DNA from: a virus
Lineage: Duplodnaviria; Heunggongvirae; Uroviricota; Caudoviricetes
IMG/VR virus record: IMGVR_UViG_2516143027_000009
Length of the DNA: 43,233 nucleotides
Reading direction: 5' to 3' (one strand)
In this document: piece by piece, positions 8,890 to 18,631 of the stretch
How the letters are laid out: every line of letters begins with the position of its first letter
How positions within the stretch are numbered: the stretch's first letter is position 1
Program-made: the position numbers and the translations under genes
The notes under the pieces: model-generated
Told to the model about the DNA's origin: nothing
Databases searched by the model: none
The model's input: the letters and a program-made list of their open reading frames with translations, nothing else

Positions 8890-8904
8890 TTACCTCAAGG
8901 GTAA
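8890..8904. promoter_or_regulatory. Operator-like palindrome TTACC-TCAAG-GGTAA (copy 4)
   Basis: Sequence match; about 60 bp upstream of the 8964 gene. Confidence 0.5.
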
Positions 8905-8963
8905 GAAAGCATTTTTAATCTTCCCTTCAAAACGCGTCCTGTAGCCAAACATGGGAGGACGAA

Positions 8964-9596
8964 ATGAGAACAAATACAACAAGAAAAGCGATGCCATACA
9001 TTATCCCAGAAGCAGATTTCGATAGAAAACTGAACATGTCTGAGAAGAACACTAGTCACACCGAAAGCTACTTAGCGAAAGGTGTGGTTGATTTCGTTCT
9101 TCCGGGATTCACAACACCTTATGGTTATCGCCTTGTAAAATCTTGTAATGGCGATCATTACAGAATGATTACTACCAGCGATACTCCAGAAACGGTGTAT
9201 GCGGTTAAGTTAATCTTTCGGGAAGATATCGTCGAAGCCAAAAGAACATGTACGCAGATCATGGTATGGCGTACGCCTAATGTTATTCATGACCGTGCTG
9301 TTCATGGTTTGCCTCAGATTTTTTTTCAGTTCTTCCTAGAGCAATATGCGATCGTTGTATCTGATGAGCAACAAACAATCGATGGGAGAAGATTCTGGGA
9401 AAGAATGATTTCTTGGGCTATAAACACCCCGGGATATAATGTATACGTTTCAGATGGCTCTGAAGAAGATAGACCTCTTAGCTTCATGACATCATGGGAT
9501 GATTTCTATAGCCAGTGGGCTGATTTCTGTTGGGGCAGTGATAAAGATGTGCATACCCACAGACTACTGGTTATAAGCAAAGATAAACTGCATTAA
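8964..9596 (+). CDS. Hypothetical protein (accessory gene, no recognisable motif)
   Basis: Strong RBS GGGAGGA before ATG; 210 aa; lower GC than neighbours; own terminator; lies between the inverted repeat copies A and B. Confidence 0.6.
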   Translation: MRTNTTRKAMPYIIPEADFDRKLNMSEKNTSHTESYLAKGVVDFVLPGFTTPYGYRLVKSCNGDHYRMITTSDTPETVYAVKLIFREDIVEAKRTCTQIMVWRTPNVIHDRAVHGLPQIFFQFFLEQYAIVVSDEQQTIDGRRFWERMISWAINTPGYNVYVSDGSEEDRPLSFMTSWDDFYSQWADFCWGSDKDVHTHRLLVISKDKLH

Positions 9597-9600
9597 TAGA

Positions 9601-9622
9601 AGCCCGCAGCGCGGGCTTTTTT
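9601..9622 (+). terminator. Rho-independent terminator after the 8964..9596 gene
   Basis: Hairpin AGCCCGC-AGC-GCGGGCT followed by T6. Confidence 0.65.
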
Positions 9623-9694
9623 GTGGACGAAACAAAAGTCAGTGCTACACTCATTGACGCCACATTGAGGTGGCTTATAGATGGAAATTTCACA

Positions 9695-9856
9695 ATGAAA
9701 AAAGCATTTGCTGCACTGTTCGTTTTGTTGTCTCTGGTAGCTTCAACTCAGGCCTTTGCCGGTCGTTGTCAGCACGACAGCGATACTGCCGCTGACGGCT
9801 CCCGCTGCGGTGGGCGTTCTGCGGATTCCCGCCCGGGTGGCGGTGGCATTCGTTAA
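9695..9856 (+). CDS. Small secreted Cys/Gly-rich peptide (hypothetical)
   Basis: 53 aa from Met MKKAFAALFVLLSLVASTQAFA with a signal peptide; promoter-like TTGACG..TATAGA upstream; weak RBS. Confidence 0.35.
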   Translation: MKKAFAALFVLLSLVASTQAFAGRCQHDSDTAADGSRCGGRSADSRPGGGGIR

Positions 9857-9879
9857 AAACAAGGCCGCGAAAGCGGCCT
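9855..9879 (-). terminator. Rho-independent terminator of the ant transcript
   Basis: On the minus strand: hairpin AGGCCGC-TTTC-GCGGCCT followed by TGTTTTT. Confidence 0.55.
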
Positions 9880-9905
9880 GTGACATGTCACGCTAGTTTC
9901 GTTTT

Positions 9906-10160
9906 GCACGTCCCTGTGCCGCCGTTCTGTCAGAAGAACCCTGCCTTGTCGTTGATGTATTCCGCGTGCGTCTGGATATCACGCAGGCATTTGCTCACAC
10001 CAACGATGTAGCAGAACATGGTGGTCAGCTCCGCCGCCGCGCCCGATACATCGTGCCCGTCTTCCTGTAACTGGTTCAGCAGATTCATCAGCAGTGAGTT
10101 CTCCGTCAGGCCGAGAACACCCGACGGCGAATGAATCAGACTGCGGTAGCCTGGCTTCAA
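9906..10160 (-). repeat. Copy B (inverted) of the ~260-bp repeat
   Basis: Reverse complement matches copies A and C, including the post-stop segment. Confidence 0.8.
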
Positions 10161-10868
10161 TGGATAACCATAACATTTTGTCTGTGTTTTAATTGCCTCA
10201 CGAAGCGCATCTAACATCTTGACTGCCACTTCATCATTCTCTGATGCAGATCCAGCAGGGAGATACTCCCCTTCAAGCGGAACCCGAGCAACAAGAGACA
10301 ACGCTTCGGCAAATTGATCTTCACCAATTTCTTTGTACGAACAGCCAAAATGAGATTTCAGTGACGACCACATGGTGATCATCGCCTTAGCCTGTTTTTC
10401 TTTTGGCAGAGACTGACCGCGACTCATGACGAGTTGTTTAATGGCTTCCTGCTGTTCAGTTGTTATTTTACCCGGCAACGCCTTTTTAGCTTTGCGTGGG
10501 TTAACCACATGGCCTTTAGTCCAGTACTCGTAGAGCACATCGTCACACTCTTCCTGATACTGGATTACCTTGTCGCGGATTTCAGGGCGGACTTTGTTAG
10601 GGCTGATGCTGTTCAACCAAGCTGCCAATTTTCGTAAAGCCATACAAATCATGGCTTGCACCCCACCGGCAGAAGGTATGGTGATTTCCACCATACCCTT
10701 CGAGAAGCGTTGAGAAATCTTCTTATGTTGAGATTTCCAGTCTAGCCCCATTCCCTCAACGATAGGTTTCATTGGGGTATACGGTTCGCCGTTGTGATTG
10801 ACAACATAAAGCTCTGCGCCGTGGAATGGCACGTTGATAGTAGATACTGCTGTTGCTATACTCGTCAT
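9930..10868 (-). CDS. ant: Antirepressor Ant-like protein (P22 Ant N-terminal-like domain plus shared C-terminal module)
   Basis: N-terminal FHGAELYVVNHNGEPYTPMKPIVEGMGLDWKSQ resembles the P22 antirepressor N-domain (from memory); located downstream of an Arc-like gene with a divergent Mnt-like gene, as in P22 immI. Confidence 0.65.
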   Translation of the reverse strand: MTSIATAVSTINVPFHGAELYVVNHNGEPYTPMKPIVEGMGLDWKSQHKKISQRFSKGMVEITIPSAGGVQAMICMALRKLAAWLNSISPNKVRPEIRDKVIQYQEECDDVLYEYWTKGHVVNPRKAKKALPGKITTEQQEAIKQLVMSRGQSLPKEKQAKAMITMWSSLKSHFGCSYKEIGEDQFAEALSLVARVPLEGEYLPAGSASENDEVAVKMLDALREAIKTQTKCYGYPLKPGYRSLIHSPSGVLGLTENSLLMNLLNQLQEDGHDVSGAAAELTTMFCYIVGVSKCLRDIQTHAEYINDKAGFF

Positions 10869-10942
10869 GTCGTTAATTCCTATACGTAGTTTTACGATAC
10901 TGAAGCCCTGACGGTCTGGCCACCGTGGGGCTTCGCTGTTTT
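10869..10942 (+). ncRNA. Candidate sar-like antisense RNA (antisense to the ant RBS and arc 3' end)
   Basis: Plus-strand promoter TTGATA-17 bp-TATACT at 10834..10862 inside the ant 5' end; hairpin 10902..10934 followed by a T-rich tract gives a predicted transcript of about 70 nt. Confidence 0.4.
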
Positions 10943-11108
10943 ATGCCACGCTATTCTTCTCACCAGTGAGTCCATACACTTTCCTCAGCTGATAGATAAT
11001 CTCTGTATTGAACTTTCGGCATTCTTTTTCGCCATTTCTTTCAATAGCTAACTTCACATCGTCCGGAAAACGAACTCGTCGTTGACACATCTCTTTTGCT
11101 TTTTGCAT
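10941..11108 (-). CDS. arc: Arc-like ribbon-helix-helix repressor
   Basis: 55 aa from ATG 11108 with RBS AAGGAG; motif RVRFPDDVKLAIERNGEKECRKFNTEIIYQL matches the Arc/Mnt RHH pattern. Confidence 0.65.
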   Translation of the reverse strand: MQKAKEMCQRRVRFPDDVKLAIERNGEKECRKFNTEIIYQLRKVYGLTGEKNSVA

Positions 11109-11228
11109 TTCATATCTCCTTAGCCCCACCGTGGGGCAAAATAATTGTCACACCGTGCGTCATTGATGTCAAGCACACGGTGAGGCATACTTCAATCATT
11201 GCAAGTAACTCAATATTTGGTGAAGAAC

Positions 11229-11660
11229 ATGAGCAGAGAAGATCCACAACTAAGGATCAGACTTCCCGTCGAAGTAAAAGAAAAAATAGAAATTTCTGCA
11301 AAAGCCAATAAGCGATCAATGAACGCTGAAATAGTACAACGTCTTGACACCAGCTTTCTGAAAGATATTCATGAAGATGACGTAATTTCTGCTTATGAAG
11401 CAAAAATCATTGCAAACAATGCACGACATGAAATATCAAATATTATTTTCAAAAGAACCTTTAATGAAATTAATAAGAAAATAACACTTGGACATACAAG
11501 TTTTTATATAAACCTTAATGACCTTGAACTGGAATCACTTGCAGATAATGATTACCAGATCATCTTTGAAAAAACATTTAATAGGCTCAATGAACTAGGT
11601 TACATCATCTGTGAAAACTCATGGGATGCAGATGGTTTTGGAATTGAAATACCTGAATAG
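11229..11660 (+). CDS. mnt: Mnt-like ribbon-helix-helix repressor with a C-terminal extension
   Basis: N-terminus MSREDPQLRIRLPVEVKEKIEISAKANKRSMNAEIVQRL closely parallels P22 Mnt; divergent from arc-ant; AT-rich. Confidence 0.65.
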   Translation: MSREDPQLRIRLPVEVKEKIEISAKANKRSMNAEIVQRLDTSFLKDIHEDDVISAYEAKIIANNARHEISNIIFKRTFNEINKKITLGHTSFYINLNDLELESLADNDYQIIFEKTFNRLNELGYIICENSWDADGFGIEIPE

Positions 11661-11749
11661 GAAGAACAAAAGGCGTGTACATATTACACGTCTTTAATAC
11701 AATTGAAAAACGCCACATTACTGATGTATGTTACAACAAGGAGCGATAT

Positions 11750-12314
11750 TTTGAAAACCATATCTATATTAAAGGTTGCATTAGGCGTCGCTATTATTTT
11801 GACTCTCTCAATATTGTTTTATTTTTACCACAAACAAACTGCTATTGCTCTTGATAGTCACGCGGCAAACTCATTTTTCTCAGAGTACATAGTGCCGCTA
11901 TCAGGAAGCGGTATAACAAATAAATATACTGACTATGACATCAAATATGGAATTGATGATGGGGAGACTATTGTATTACATGTAATCATTAAAAACCTAA
12001 TGACAGTAAATAAAAATACAGACTTCAACGATAAAAATACAATACATCACAACAACAGCAAAACATTAATTTCTTATAGTAGCAACATCTATACGGATAA
12101 ATACCTAAAATACATATCAGAAGATACAATAAAAGAAACCCGCGAAAAGTTAAAAAACATATATTGTGCATCCGGCAGTTTTCACAAATTATCGCCGCAA
12201 GAGCGTTTATTCTACGAAGCAAGAAAACAACGTAAGTCAATAATATTACATTATTATGCTGATTCAGGGGAGACACTCATATTTAATATTGGGGTTTCCC
12301 CTGAATCATGCTAA
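11750..12314 (+). CDS. Single-pass membrane protein, candidate superinfection-exclusion protein (sieA-like position)
   Basis: AAGGAG RBS 7 nt before a TTG start (alternative starts ATG 11724 or TTG 11703); N-terminal TM helix; very AT-rich; lies between mnt and the ejection-protein genes. Confidence 0.5.
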
Positions 12315-12325
12315 AGGTGTTTAAC

Positions 12326-13438
12326 TCACCGCATCACCGGATCCACTTGGTTTATTAGTGGCGCAATCCAGAACAGGTTATTGCCGGGTATCAGGGTTCG
12401 GACATTATGCACAATACGATCACCGGCATCACCATTCAACACTCCTGAGGTCACATCAATGATGCTATCCGCAAGACCAAATGACGGTCCGAATAGAGAT
12501 CCTACGAATCCACGACTGGCATACCTGGACTGTGTGCCAGTGCCAAATAAAGCCCCCAGCCCAACAGCACCACCAGTCGCCTTTTCAGCCATGTTGTTAT
12601 ATTCCATCAATGGCCCAAGAATACCGGATCTATCTATACCCTCAAGCACCAGCTTCTCTGGTGACCAGTCAACATTTTTCCCTTTCGATGCTTCTTTAAG
12701 CGCATAGACCAGTGAGCCAAGAGCAATCTGAAATGCAGTGCCATAATAAAATTGCGCAGTTCCTTCCTGTAACCCACCAAGTAGCGCACGGTTGTATGAA
12801 GCCGTTGTGAATGATTTAAACTGAAATATCGTTCGCCCCATTGGAGTACTCGCCCATAAAGGTGTGTCACCAATACCGGGGGTGATGATAGTGTTATTAA
12901 CGTCTTTCAGAACCGCTGACTGGAATACTCCGGCAACGTACTGATCGTCCCATTTATCAAAGTTACCAATGTGCCATCCATCAATTACCTCACCATGTTT
13001 CTCGAACTCACTGCGAATACGCGCAGCCATATTGTCGTTGATACCGAGTTTTGCCATGCGACGTGCAGAAAACGCACCAGACAAAATACCGTCTGACGTG
13101 AGCATTCCGTTCATGGATTTGTTTATGTCATTAAATCGATCCATGAGTGTCAGCTTGCCGAAGGCATCAGTAATTCGCTCCATTCCTGCTTCGACTGCTG
13201 TTGTCCTGGAAGAACTGTCAACAAGATCACCAATTGCACGAGAACGTGAATGTAGTACAGTTTCCAATCCAATCCCCATCTTCAACATCTCTTCTTTGCT
13301 GGCCTTAAATGCCGGTGATTGGGATATCTGAGAAGCATAGCCTTTCATGGAGTTACGGAAACCATTAACCATAACCCCTCTGGCCAGATCTGGAATAGCT
13401 GATACTGTCATTCCACCGAGTTTGGTCGTGAAGTTCAC
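12326..13438 (-). CDS. Internal virion or ejection protein
   Basis: 370 aa, Gly/Ser-rich, last gene of the internal-protein cluster; position by analogy with T7-like gene order. Confidence 0.55.
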   Translation of the reverse strand: MNFTTKLGGMTVSAIPDLARGVMVNGFRNSMKGYASQISQSPAFKASKEEMLKMGIGLETVLHSRSRAIGDLVDSSSRTTAVEAGMERITDAFGKLTLMDRFNDINKSMNGMLTSDGILSGAFSARRMAKLGINDNMAARIRSEFEKHGEVIDGWHIGNFDKWDDQYVAGVFQSAVLKDVNNTIITPGIGDTPLWASTPMGRTIFQFKSFTTASYNRALLGGLQEGTAQFYYGTAFQIALGSLVYALKEASKGKNVDWSPEKLVLEGIDRSGILGPLMEYNNMAEKATGGAVGLGALFGTGTQSRYASRGFVGSLFGPSFGLADSIIDVTSGVLNGDAGDRIVHNVRTLIPGNNLFWIAPLINQVDPVMR

Positions 13439-15339
13439 ATCCCGCAGAAAAGCGCCAGCACGAACAAAAACGAAGACGGGTCATCAGGCATACCATATGT
13501 ACCAACAAGACGATCGCGTAATGCTGTTATGTCTCTGAGATCATTTGCTCTTGATTTTGAAAGTCTGGACTGTTCTTTCCGTAATTCCTTTTCGTACTTT
13601 CGCATTAATGAATCGAGTTTACCCTGAGGAACAACTTCACCATTGCTCTCATAACGTGCTTTCAGATTTGCCACACTTTCGTCATATTTCGCCTTTATTT
13701 TTTCAGGCACTTCCCGTAACAGACTGTCATATTCGTCCTCAATTAATTGCAGACGCTCTGTCATAGTTCGTTTGCCAAATGTTCTCGTCAACTCAATTTC
13801 TGCTGCCGCTTCACGGATATGACGTTGTAGAACGTAATTCACATCACTTTCGAGATAATCCCTGATAAGACTATCAGGCACATTTAATGTTCTTTCTTTC
13901 GTACTACCTGCGGCTTTTACAGAAAATACGCTGACAAAATCCTGTGGAACCTTAGCACCAGTAATTTTATTAATTACGATATCCGCTGCAATTTCAGCAT
14001 CCTCAGGATCCAGTGTTTTATTGCCTCTCGACCACCAGTCAACCAAAATACGTCGAAATTTATCGCGTTCACTGATTATTTTTCCAACTTTATATATACG
14101 TGGGAAATAGCTTGCCTGGCCTAATGCTTTCAGTTCTTCATCTGGCGGCAATAAACCAAGCTTTTGCATTTCAACCTTCACCCGATTTAATACAGTTCGC
14201 ATCGCCTGCGCCGTTTCCTGAACAACAGGATTAGCATGCACATCACCGCTTCGCATAGCATTCCCAACCTGCTGACGAAATGAATCAAAACTCATGTCAC
14301 CACCATCAGCTTTATACTTTGCGTATGCCTGTTTATTTCCGACAACAACAGCAGCTTCTTCACGCTGCCATCCACGTGTACGGGTTTCTACAGCTACCGG
14401 TGTTTCAATCCCCCTTTCATTTCCTTTAAGGGTGAAATTATTTTCGGCTAACTCCAGCGTTGTTTTTCGCACTGTCTTGGACGGAGACTCCATTAACCTT
14501 GTCAAAGGAGTAAGATAGCTCCCTGCTTTCCATGCAGCCTTTCCAACCACCCCACCGGAAACAGGGGTTAAATCATCCAGAGTCGCTGTATCAATTTTCA
14601 TAGCACCAACACTACCACCATCAGAAAGCGAAGCGGCAGCCCTGTCAGTCGCTGATGTAATGCTCATATTATCAAGAGCATCAGCAACCTCACGCGTGGC
14701 TGCAGCCCGGACGGATGGCGAAAGCGCAACACCAGCACTGGCAAACACGCCGCTCATCATCGCACCCGCTGCAATGTGAGCGGCACTTTCACCCCATGAG
14801 CGTGTTATTTGCTGATTATTCAGCACAACCTCGCTTAATGCTGTACCGGCTGCACCAATCGCAATCTGTGAGCCAATACGCGCCAGTGCCCCTCCTTGAG
14901 CACCGGGGATAAACATTGACGCAACAGTAACCGGATCCATTCCCGCAGCAATACTGGCAAGGGTTCCAACTACGCCAGCATCAGACAATAAACGTCTGTC
15001 TTCATTTTCATCATCTATCTGCTGCTTAATCCACGCCGTTTCCTCTGGCGATCGGGAATCTGCAAATTTCGCCCCCCAGTATTCATAACCGTGCAACTCA
15101 TTTTTATCAGCATATGGGTTATAACCTTCGACCGGTTCAAACTGTCTGGCTGGTCGGAAAAAACCAGCCAGAATATTGTTCTGTCGCATTGCAGCCCCCC
15201 ATACGGAAGGCTCCGGTGGCAATGGCTCAGGATTAGCCCCTTCCGGAAGGGCAACATCAAACCCAGTTTGTTCCGGCAAAACATTACCTGACGGGATCAG
15301 TCCGTTATTAAGATCTTCAGCTTGTGCATAAACTGGCAT
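13435..15339 (-). CDS. Internal virion or ejection protein
   Basis: 634 aa, contiguous with the neighbouring internal virion protein genes on the minus strand. Confidence 0.55.
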   Translation of the reverse strand: MPVYAQAEDLNNGLIPSGNVLPEQTGFDVALPEGANPEPLPPEPSVWGAAMRQNNILAGFFRPARQFEPVEGYNPYADKNELHGYEYWGAKFADSRSPEETAWIKQQIDDENEDRRLLSDAGVVGTLASIAAGMDPVTVASMFIPGAQGGALARIGSQIAIGAAGTALSEVVLNNQQITRSWGESAAHIAAGAMMSGVFASAGVALSPSVRAAATREVADALDNMSITSATDRAAASLSDGGSVGAMKIDTATLDDLTPVSGGVVGKAAWKAGSYLTPLTRLMESPSKTVRKTTLELAENNFTLKGNERGIETPVAVETRTRGWQREEAAVVVGNKQAYAKYKADGGDMSFDSFRQQVGNAMRSGDVHANPVVQETAQAMRTVLNRVKVEMQKLGLLPPDEELKALGQASYFPRIYKVGKIISERDKFRRILVDWWSRGNKTLDPEDAEIAADIVINKITGAKVPQDFVSVFSVKAAGSTKERTLNVPDSLIRDYLESDVNYVLQRHIREAAAEIELTRTFGKRTMTERLQLIEDEYDSLLREVPEKIKAKYDESVANLKARYESNGEVVPQGKLDSLMRKYEKELRKEQSRLSKSRANDLRDITALRDRLVGTYGMPDDPSSFLFVLALFCGM

Positions 15340-18056
15340 TATTTAGATCCCCACGAAAAGTAATCTTTAAATTTGTCCATACGTTCGTTATGCAGGCGCT
15401 GATACTGCTCATCCAGAGCGCGATGCTTGTCTTTGAAGTTTCGTATAGCCTGTCCACGCATAATTTCTTCCTGCTCGTACTGCTCCCGTTCCTGCTGCAT
15501 TTTCTTATAAGGTTCCCAATCTTCTAGTGATGGTTCCCAACGCATAGGACGCCCATGTTTGTTATAAAACGGCTGGACCCGATCGATGCCATTTTCATCC
15601 TTAGTTCTTACCATAATGGCGTAATCACCATTACGAGGTGTTAACACGTCAGGGGTTATGAATAATTCTCCATTAATACGACTCTCAGGGGTTTTTGTCT
15701 CAACTACAGGAGCATTACCTGACGTGATCCCAAGCAACGTCGGACTGGTTGTTATAATCTCTTTGCGCTCACCGTACATCAGCCGTTCTTTTTCAGCTTT
15801 CCACTGCGCCGCCTGCCAGCCTGACGGCCCATATTGATAAAGCGCCTCCGGTGCATATTTCATAAACTGCGCTTCTCCGTTAACCTCGCTGATACTCCAG
15901 GTGCGGGCTATCTGCTGGTTGGTCATTTGCTTCGCTACGTCAGCGTTACCACCAGCAACGCGGTAGTTAATGTCATACAGCGTCTGATAGTCATTACGGA
16001 ATCTAGCTGCTTCCGGCGTCTGGTCATCCGCAGACGGATCCCAACGGAACCACTGCGCCATATTGCTGACAGCAGAATTCATCGCCTTGCTGCGATTATT
16101 TTTGTACTCTTTTGAACTCTGCGTTGATGCCAATTGAGCTTTAAGAGCATCGGTCTGGTTGTACGTCAGGTTCTGCGCCTGCTCGATAGCCGCATCAGCA
16201 GACATGCCAGAATCTGTTAGTTGCTTAACAGTCAGATAAAAACCCTGCATATCCTTCGGCATATTTCCAATAGATGCATTGTCTGTTTCATATAACCGAC
16301 TAAACAAATTCGCTGCATTTTTAACCACTTCCTGATTGCTGGATCTGGATACTGCTGAAAGCTGCGTGATGACCTGCGAAGGCATGATGCCAGTCTGAGC
16401 CACAAGCCGAACAACCCCATCATGAGTGGAGGCATCATTAATACGAAAGTTCTGCGCCATTTCTGTGTAATCAGCAGCTTTCTGCATTGATTTGTTGCTT
16501 GGGTCTAATTTTTCACCTATTGTCAGCGCCTCATTGAATCTGCGTGAATCACGTTGCGCCTGAATTGCTTCATTTGATCGCTGAAGCAATGCAGACAATT
16601 TTCCGTAAGCATCGAGTTTTAACGCATAGTGAGGATCGTTAACCTCAGGCTTCACTTTCTGCATTTCTTCTTGCTGCTGAGAAGGAGGTAAATACTGAAT
16701 TGCCTGGAATATTCTCGCGTTATCAATCGCTATATCCAGTTGATTGATTATTTTATCTGCATTTTTTCCATACCCCCTGATGATAGTCTCCTGAGCCGGT
16801 ATATAATCTGGAACCTCACCGTTATATAGCTGGGCCATGGTGTTATTAATAGCTGGCTCAAGCTGTTCTAATATTAACTTCCTTTGCTTTTCTATCTGAC
16901 TATTAGCAAGGTTATCTATTTGATAAATAGTCAGCGGATCCATTCCAGTTTTATTTTTTCTATATCGGGAAAGCCACCCTTGTGTTTCTGATGGAAGATT
17001 TCGGATAAATTCTTCTTCTGATATTTCACCTTTACGTGGATCACCGACTTTGGCGATCAGTTTATCCACGTTACCCATCCCCCAGTTATATGCTGCTCCG
17101 GTCAATATTTCGGAGCCGTACTTACCATACAGTTGATTTACATAGTCACTGGCGAGCATTTCATGCTGTTGTTCGTCCGTAGGGTTGTATTTAACGCCAC
17201 GCTTGGCCGCCAGTTCTTTCCCTGTGCCCGGCATTAACTGGTATTTCCCCTGGGCTCTCTCTCCAGAAGATGTTATCGGTCCTTCAAGAAGACTACCATC
17301 AGGATTAAAATGTCGATCACCTGATTCAACAAGGCGTATGGCACGCATGTCCATGCCTCCAGAATCATTTTTCTGAAACAGACCATTTAGCCATCCTTCT
17401 GGATTGGCAGCGGCATAATTCTTCGCCCGCATTTCTGTGGCACGGCGATCATCACTTTCTATTTCTTCCAGAATGCGTTCTTGTGACCATCCCCTGGCAG
17501 CTCCATATCTAGCAATGGCTACCATTCTGGAATTTCTGGCTAAAGTGGCAGTTTGCGGGTCATTCCAGGCATCCGCTTCATTTTGTATCCATAATTTTCT
17601 CGTTGCCTGATATTGCTCATCTTCATAGGCATTTGTCTGCCCTATCTCATGTCTGAGAACTCCAGTACTGAACTGAATTTTCTGTGTTCTGGCTTGTTGC
17701 AAAAACATATTTCTTGCTGCTTCATCAGTCAATGAAGCAGCTATTTCTTCCACATCCTGATCAAATCCAGATATGTACTCTTGCCCCTTACCAATCGCAT
17801 TTTTGCCTTGTTGTGCATAAAAACCGGTTTGAGGGTTATAAAGACGTTCATTGCTGCGCTGATTAAGCTGAAGGATGGCATCCTGAGACAATGCAACATT
17901 CGCTTTCTGCCTGGCTTCACCATATGCCACCGCATACTGATCTGCGACATTCGCCAGCACCTGACCTGCTTGAGGAACATCGAAGATCTGAAAACCACCG
18001 GTTTGCACACCACGACTTTGCACCTGGCGTCCGGATGTAGTAGGAACAACAGGCAT
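15339..18056 (-). CDS. Internal virion protein with lytic transglycosylase (SLT-like) domain
   Basis: 905 aa; segment ESGDRHFNPDGS...GERAQGKYQLMPGTGKE resembles the SLT catalytic region; position equivalent to T7 gp15/gp16. Confidence 0.65.
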   Translation of the reverse strand: MPVVPTTSGRQVQSRGVQTGGFQIFDVPQAGQVLANVADQYAVAYGEARQKANVALSQDAILQLNQRSNERLYNPQTGFYAQQGKNAIGKGQEYISGFDQDVEEIAASLTDEAARNMFLQQARTQKIQFSTGVLRHEIGQTNAYEDEQYQATRKLWIQNEADAWNDPQTATLARNSRMVAIARYGAARGWSQERILEEIESDDRRATEMRAKNYAAANPEGWLNGLFQKNDSGGMDMRAIRLVESGDRHFNPDGSLLEGPITSSGERAQGKYQLMPGTGKELAAKRGVKYNPTDEQQHEMLASDYVNQLYGKYGSEILTGAAYNWGMGNVDKLIAKVGDPRKGEISEEEFIRNLPSETQGWLSRYRKNKTGMDPLTIYQIDNLANSQIEKQRKLILEQLEPAINNTMAQLYNGEVPDYIPAQETIIRGYGKNADKIINQLDIAIDNARIFQAIQYLPPSQQQEEMQKVKPEVNDPHYALKLDAYGKLSALLQRSNEAIQAQRDSRRFNEALTIGEKLDPSNKSMQKAADYTEMAQNFRINDASTHDGVVRLVAQTGIMPSQVITQLSAVSRSSNQEVVKNAANLFSRLYETDNASIGNMPKDMQGFYLTVKQLTDSGMSADAAIEQAQNLTYNQTDALKAQLASTQSSKEYKNNRSKAMNSAVSNMAQWFRWDPSADDQTPEAARFRNDYQTLYDINYRVAGGNADVAKQMTNQQIARTWSISEVNGEAQFMKYAPEALYQYGPSGWQAAQWKAEKERLMYGERKEIITTSPTLLGITSGNAPVVETKTPESRINGELFITPDVLTPRNGDYAIMVRTKDENGIDRVQPFYNKHGRPMRWEPSLEDWEPYKKMQQEREQYEQEEIMRGQAIRNFKDKHRALDEQYQRLHNERMDKFKDYFSWGSK

Positions 18057-18631
18057 CAGTAACCTCCTATTTTGAATCGGGAGTCAGAATTCATAAAACC
18101 TGAGTTAGATAACATTGGCGTCCCACCACTAGATGTACTTCCTTTAGAGAACGGACTCCACGTCCCACCAAACATCTGGTACGCACCGTATGCCTTCAGA
18201 GGCGCAGTGAGCAATGTTGTTGCTGCTCCCACATTCCCCTGTTTACGGGCTGAACTGGCTTCTGCTTTATAGTTGGCAGCCTGAACCTGATAACCGTAAG
18301 CCTCGCGTTGCGCGTTATTCACCGTCGTCAGAGAATCAAGAGCGCCAAACTGGGCAGTGTCGCCAAATATATCCAGCGCGTTACCTGTAGATAAATCAGC
18401 GCCGGTAGCCCCCATTGTCGCCGCCTGTGTACCAAGCCGCTGTCGGGTCTCTCTGCGCCGTTGCTCAGCTTCAGCGTTACCTCTGTTTATTGCATCATTT
18501 GCCTGAGCTGTGGCTATATCTGCGTTCGCTTCTGCAACCTTCGAGGCATACTTTCCCTGTTGGTACTGGGTGTATGCCTGAATGCCACTCATGGCGAGCA
18601 TTGCGCCACCAGCAATAACCGGATCGCACAT
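18056..18631 (-). CDS. Internal virion protein (T7 gp14-like position)
   Basis: 191 aa, Ala/Gly/Gln-rich; gene order. Confidence 0.5.
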   Translation of the reverse strand: MCDPVIAGGAMLAMSGIQAYTQYQQGKYASKVAEANADIATAQANDAINRGNAEAEQRRRETRQRLGTQAATMGATGADLSTGNALDIFGDTAQFGALDSLTTVNNAQREAYGYQVQAANYKAEASSARKQGNVGAATTLLTAPLKAYGAYQMFGGTWSPFSKGSTSSGGTPMLSNSGFMNSDSRFKIGGY

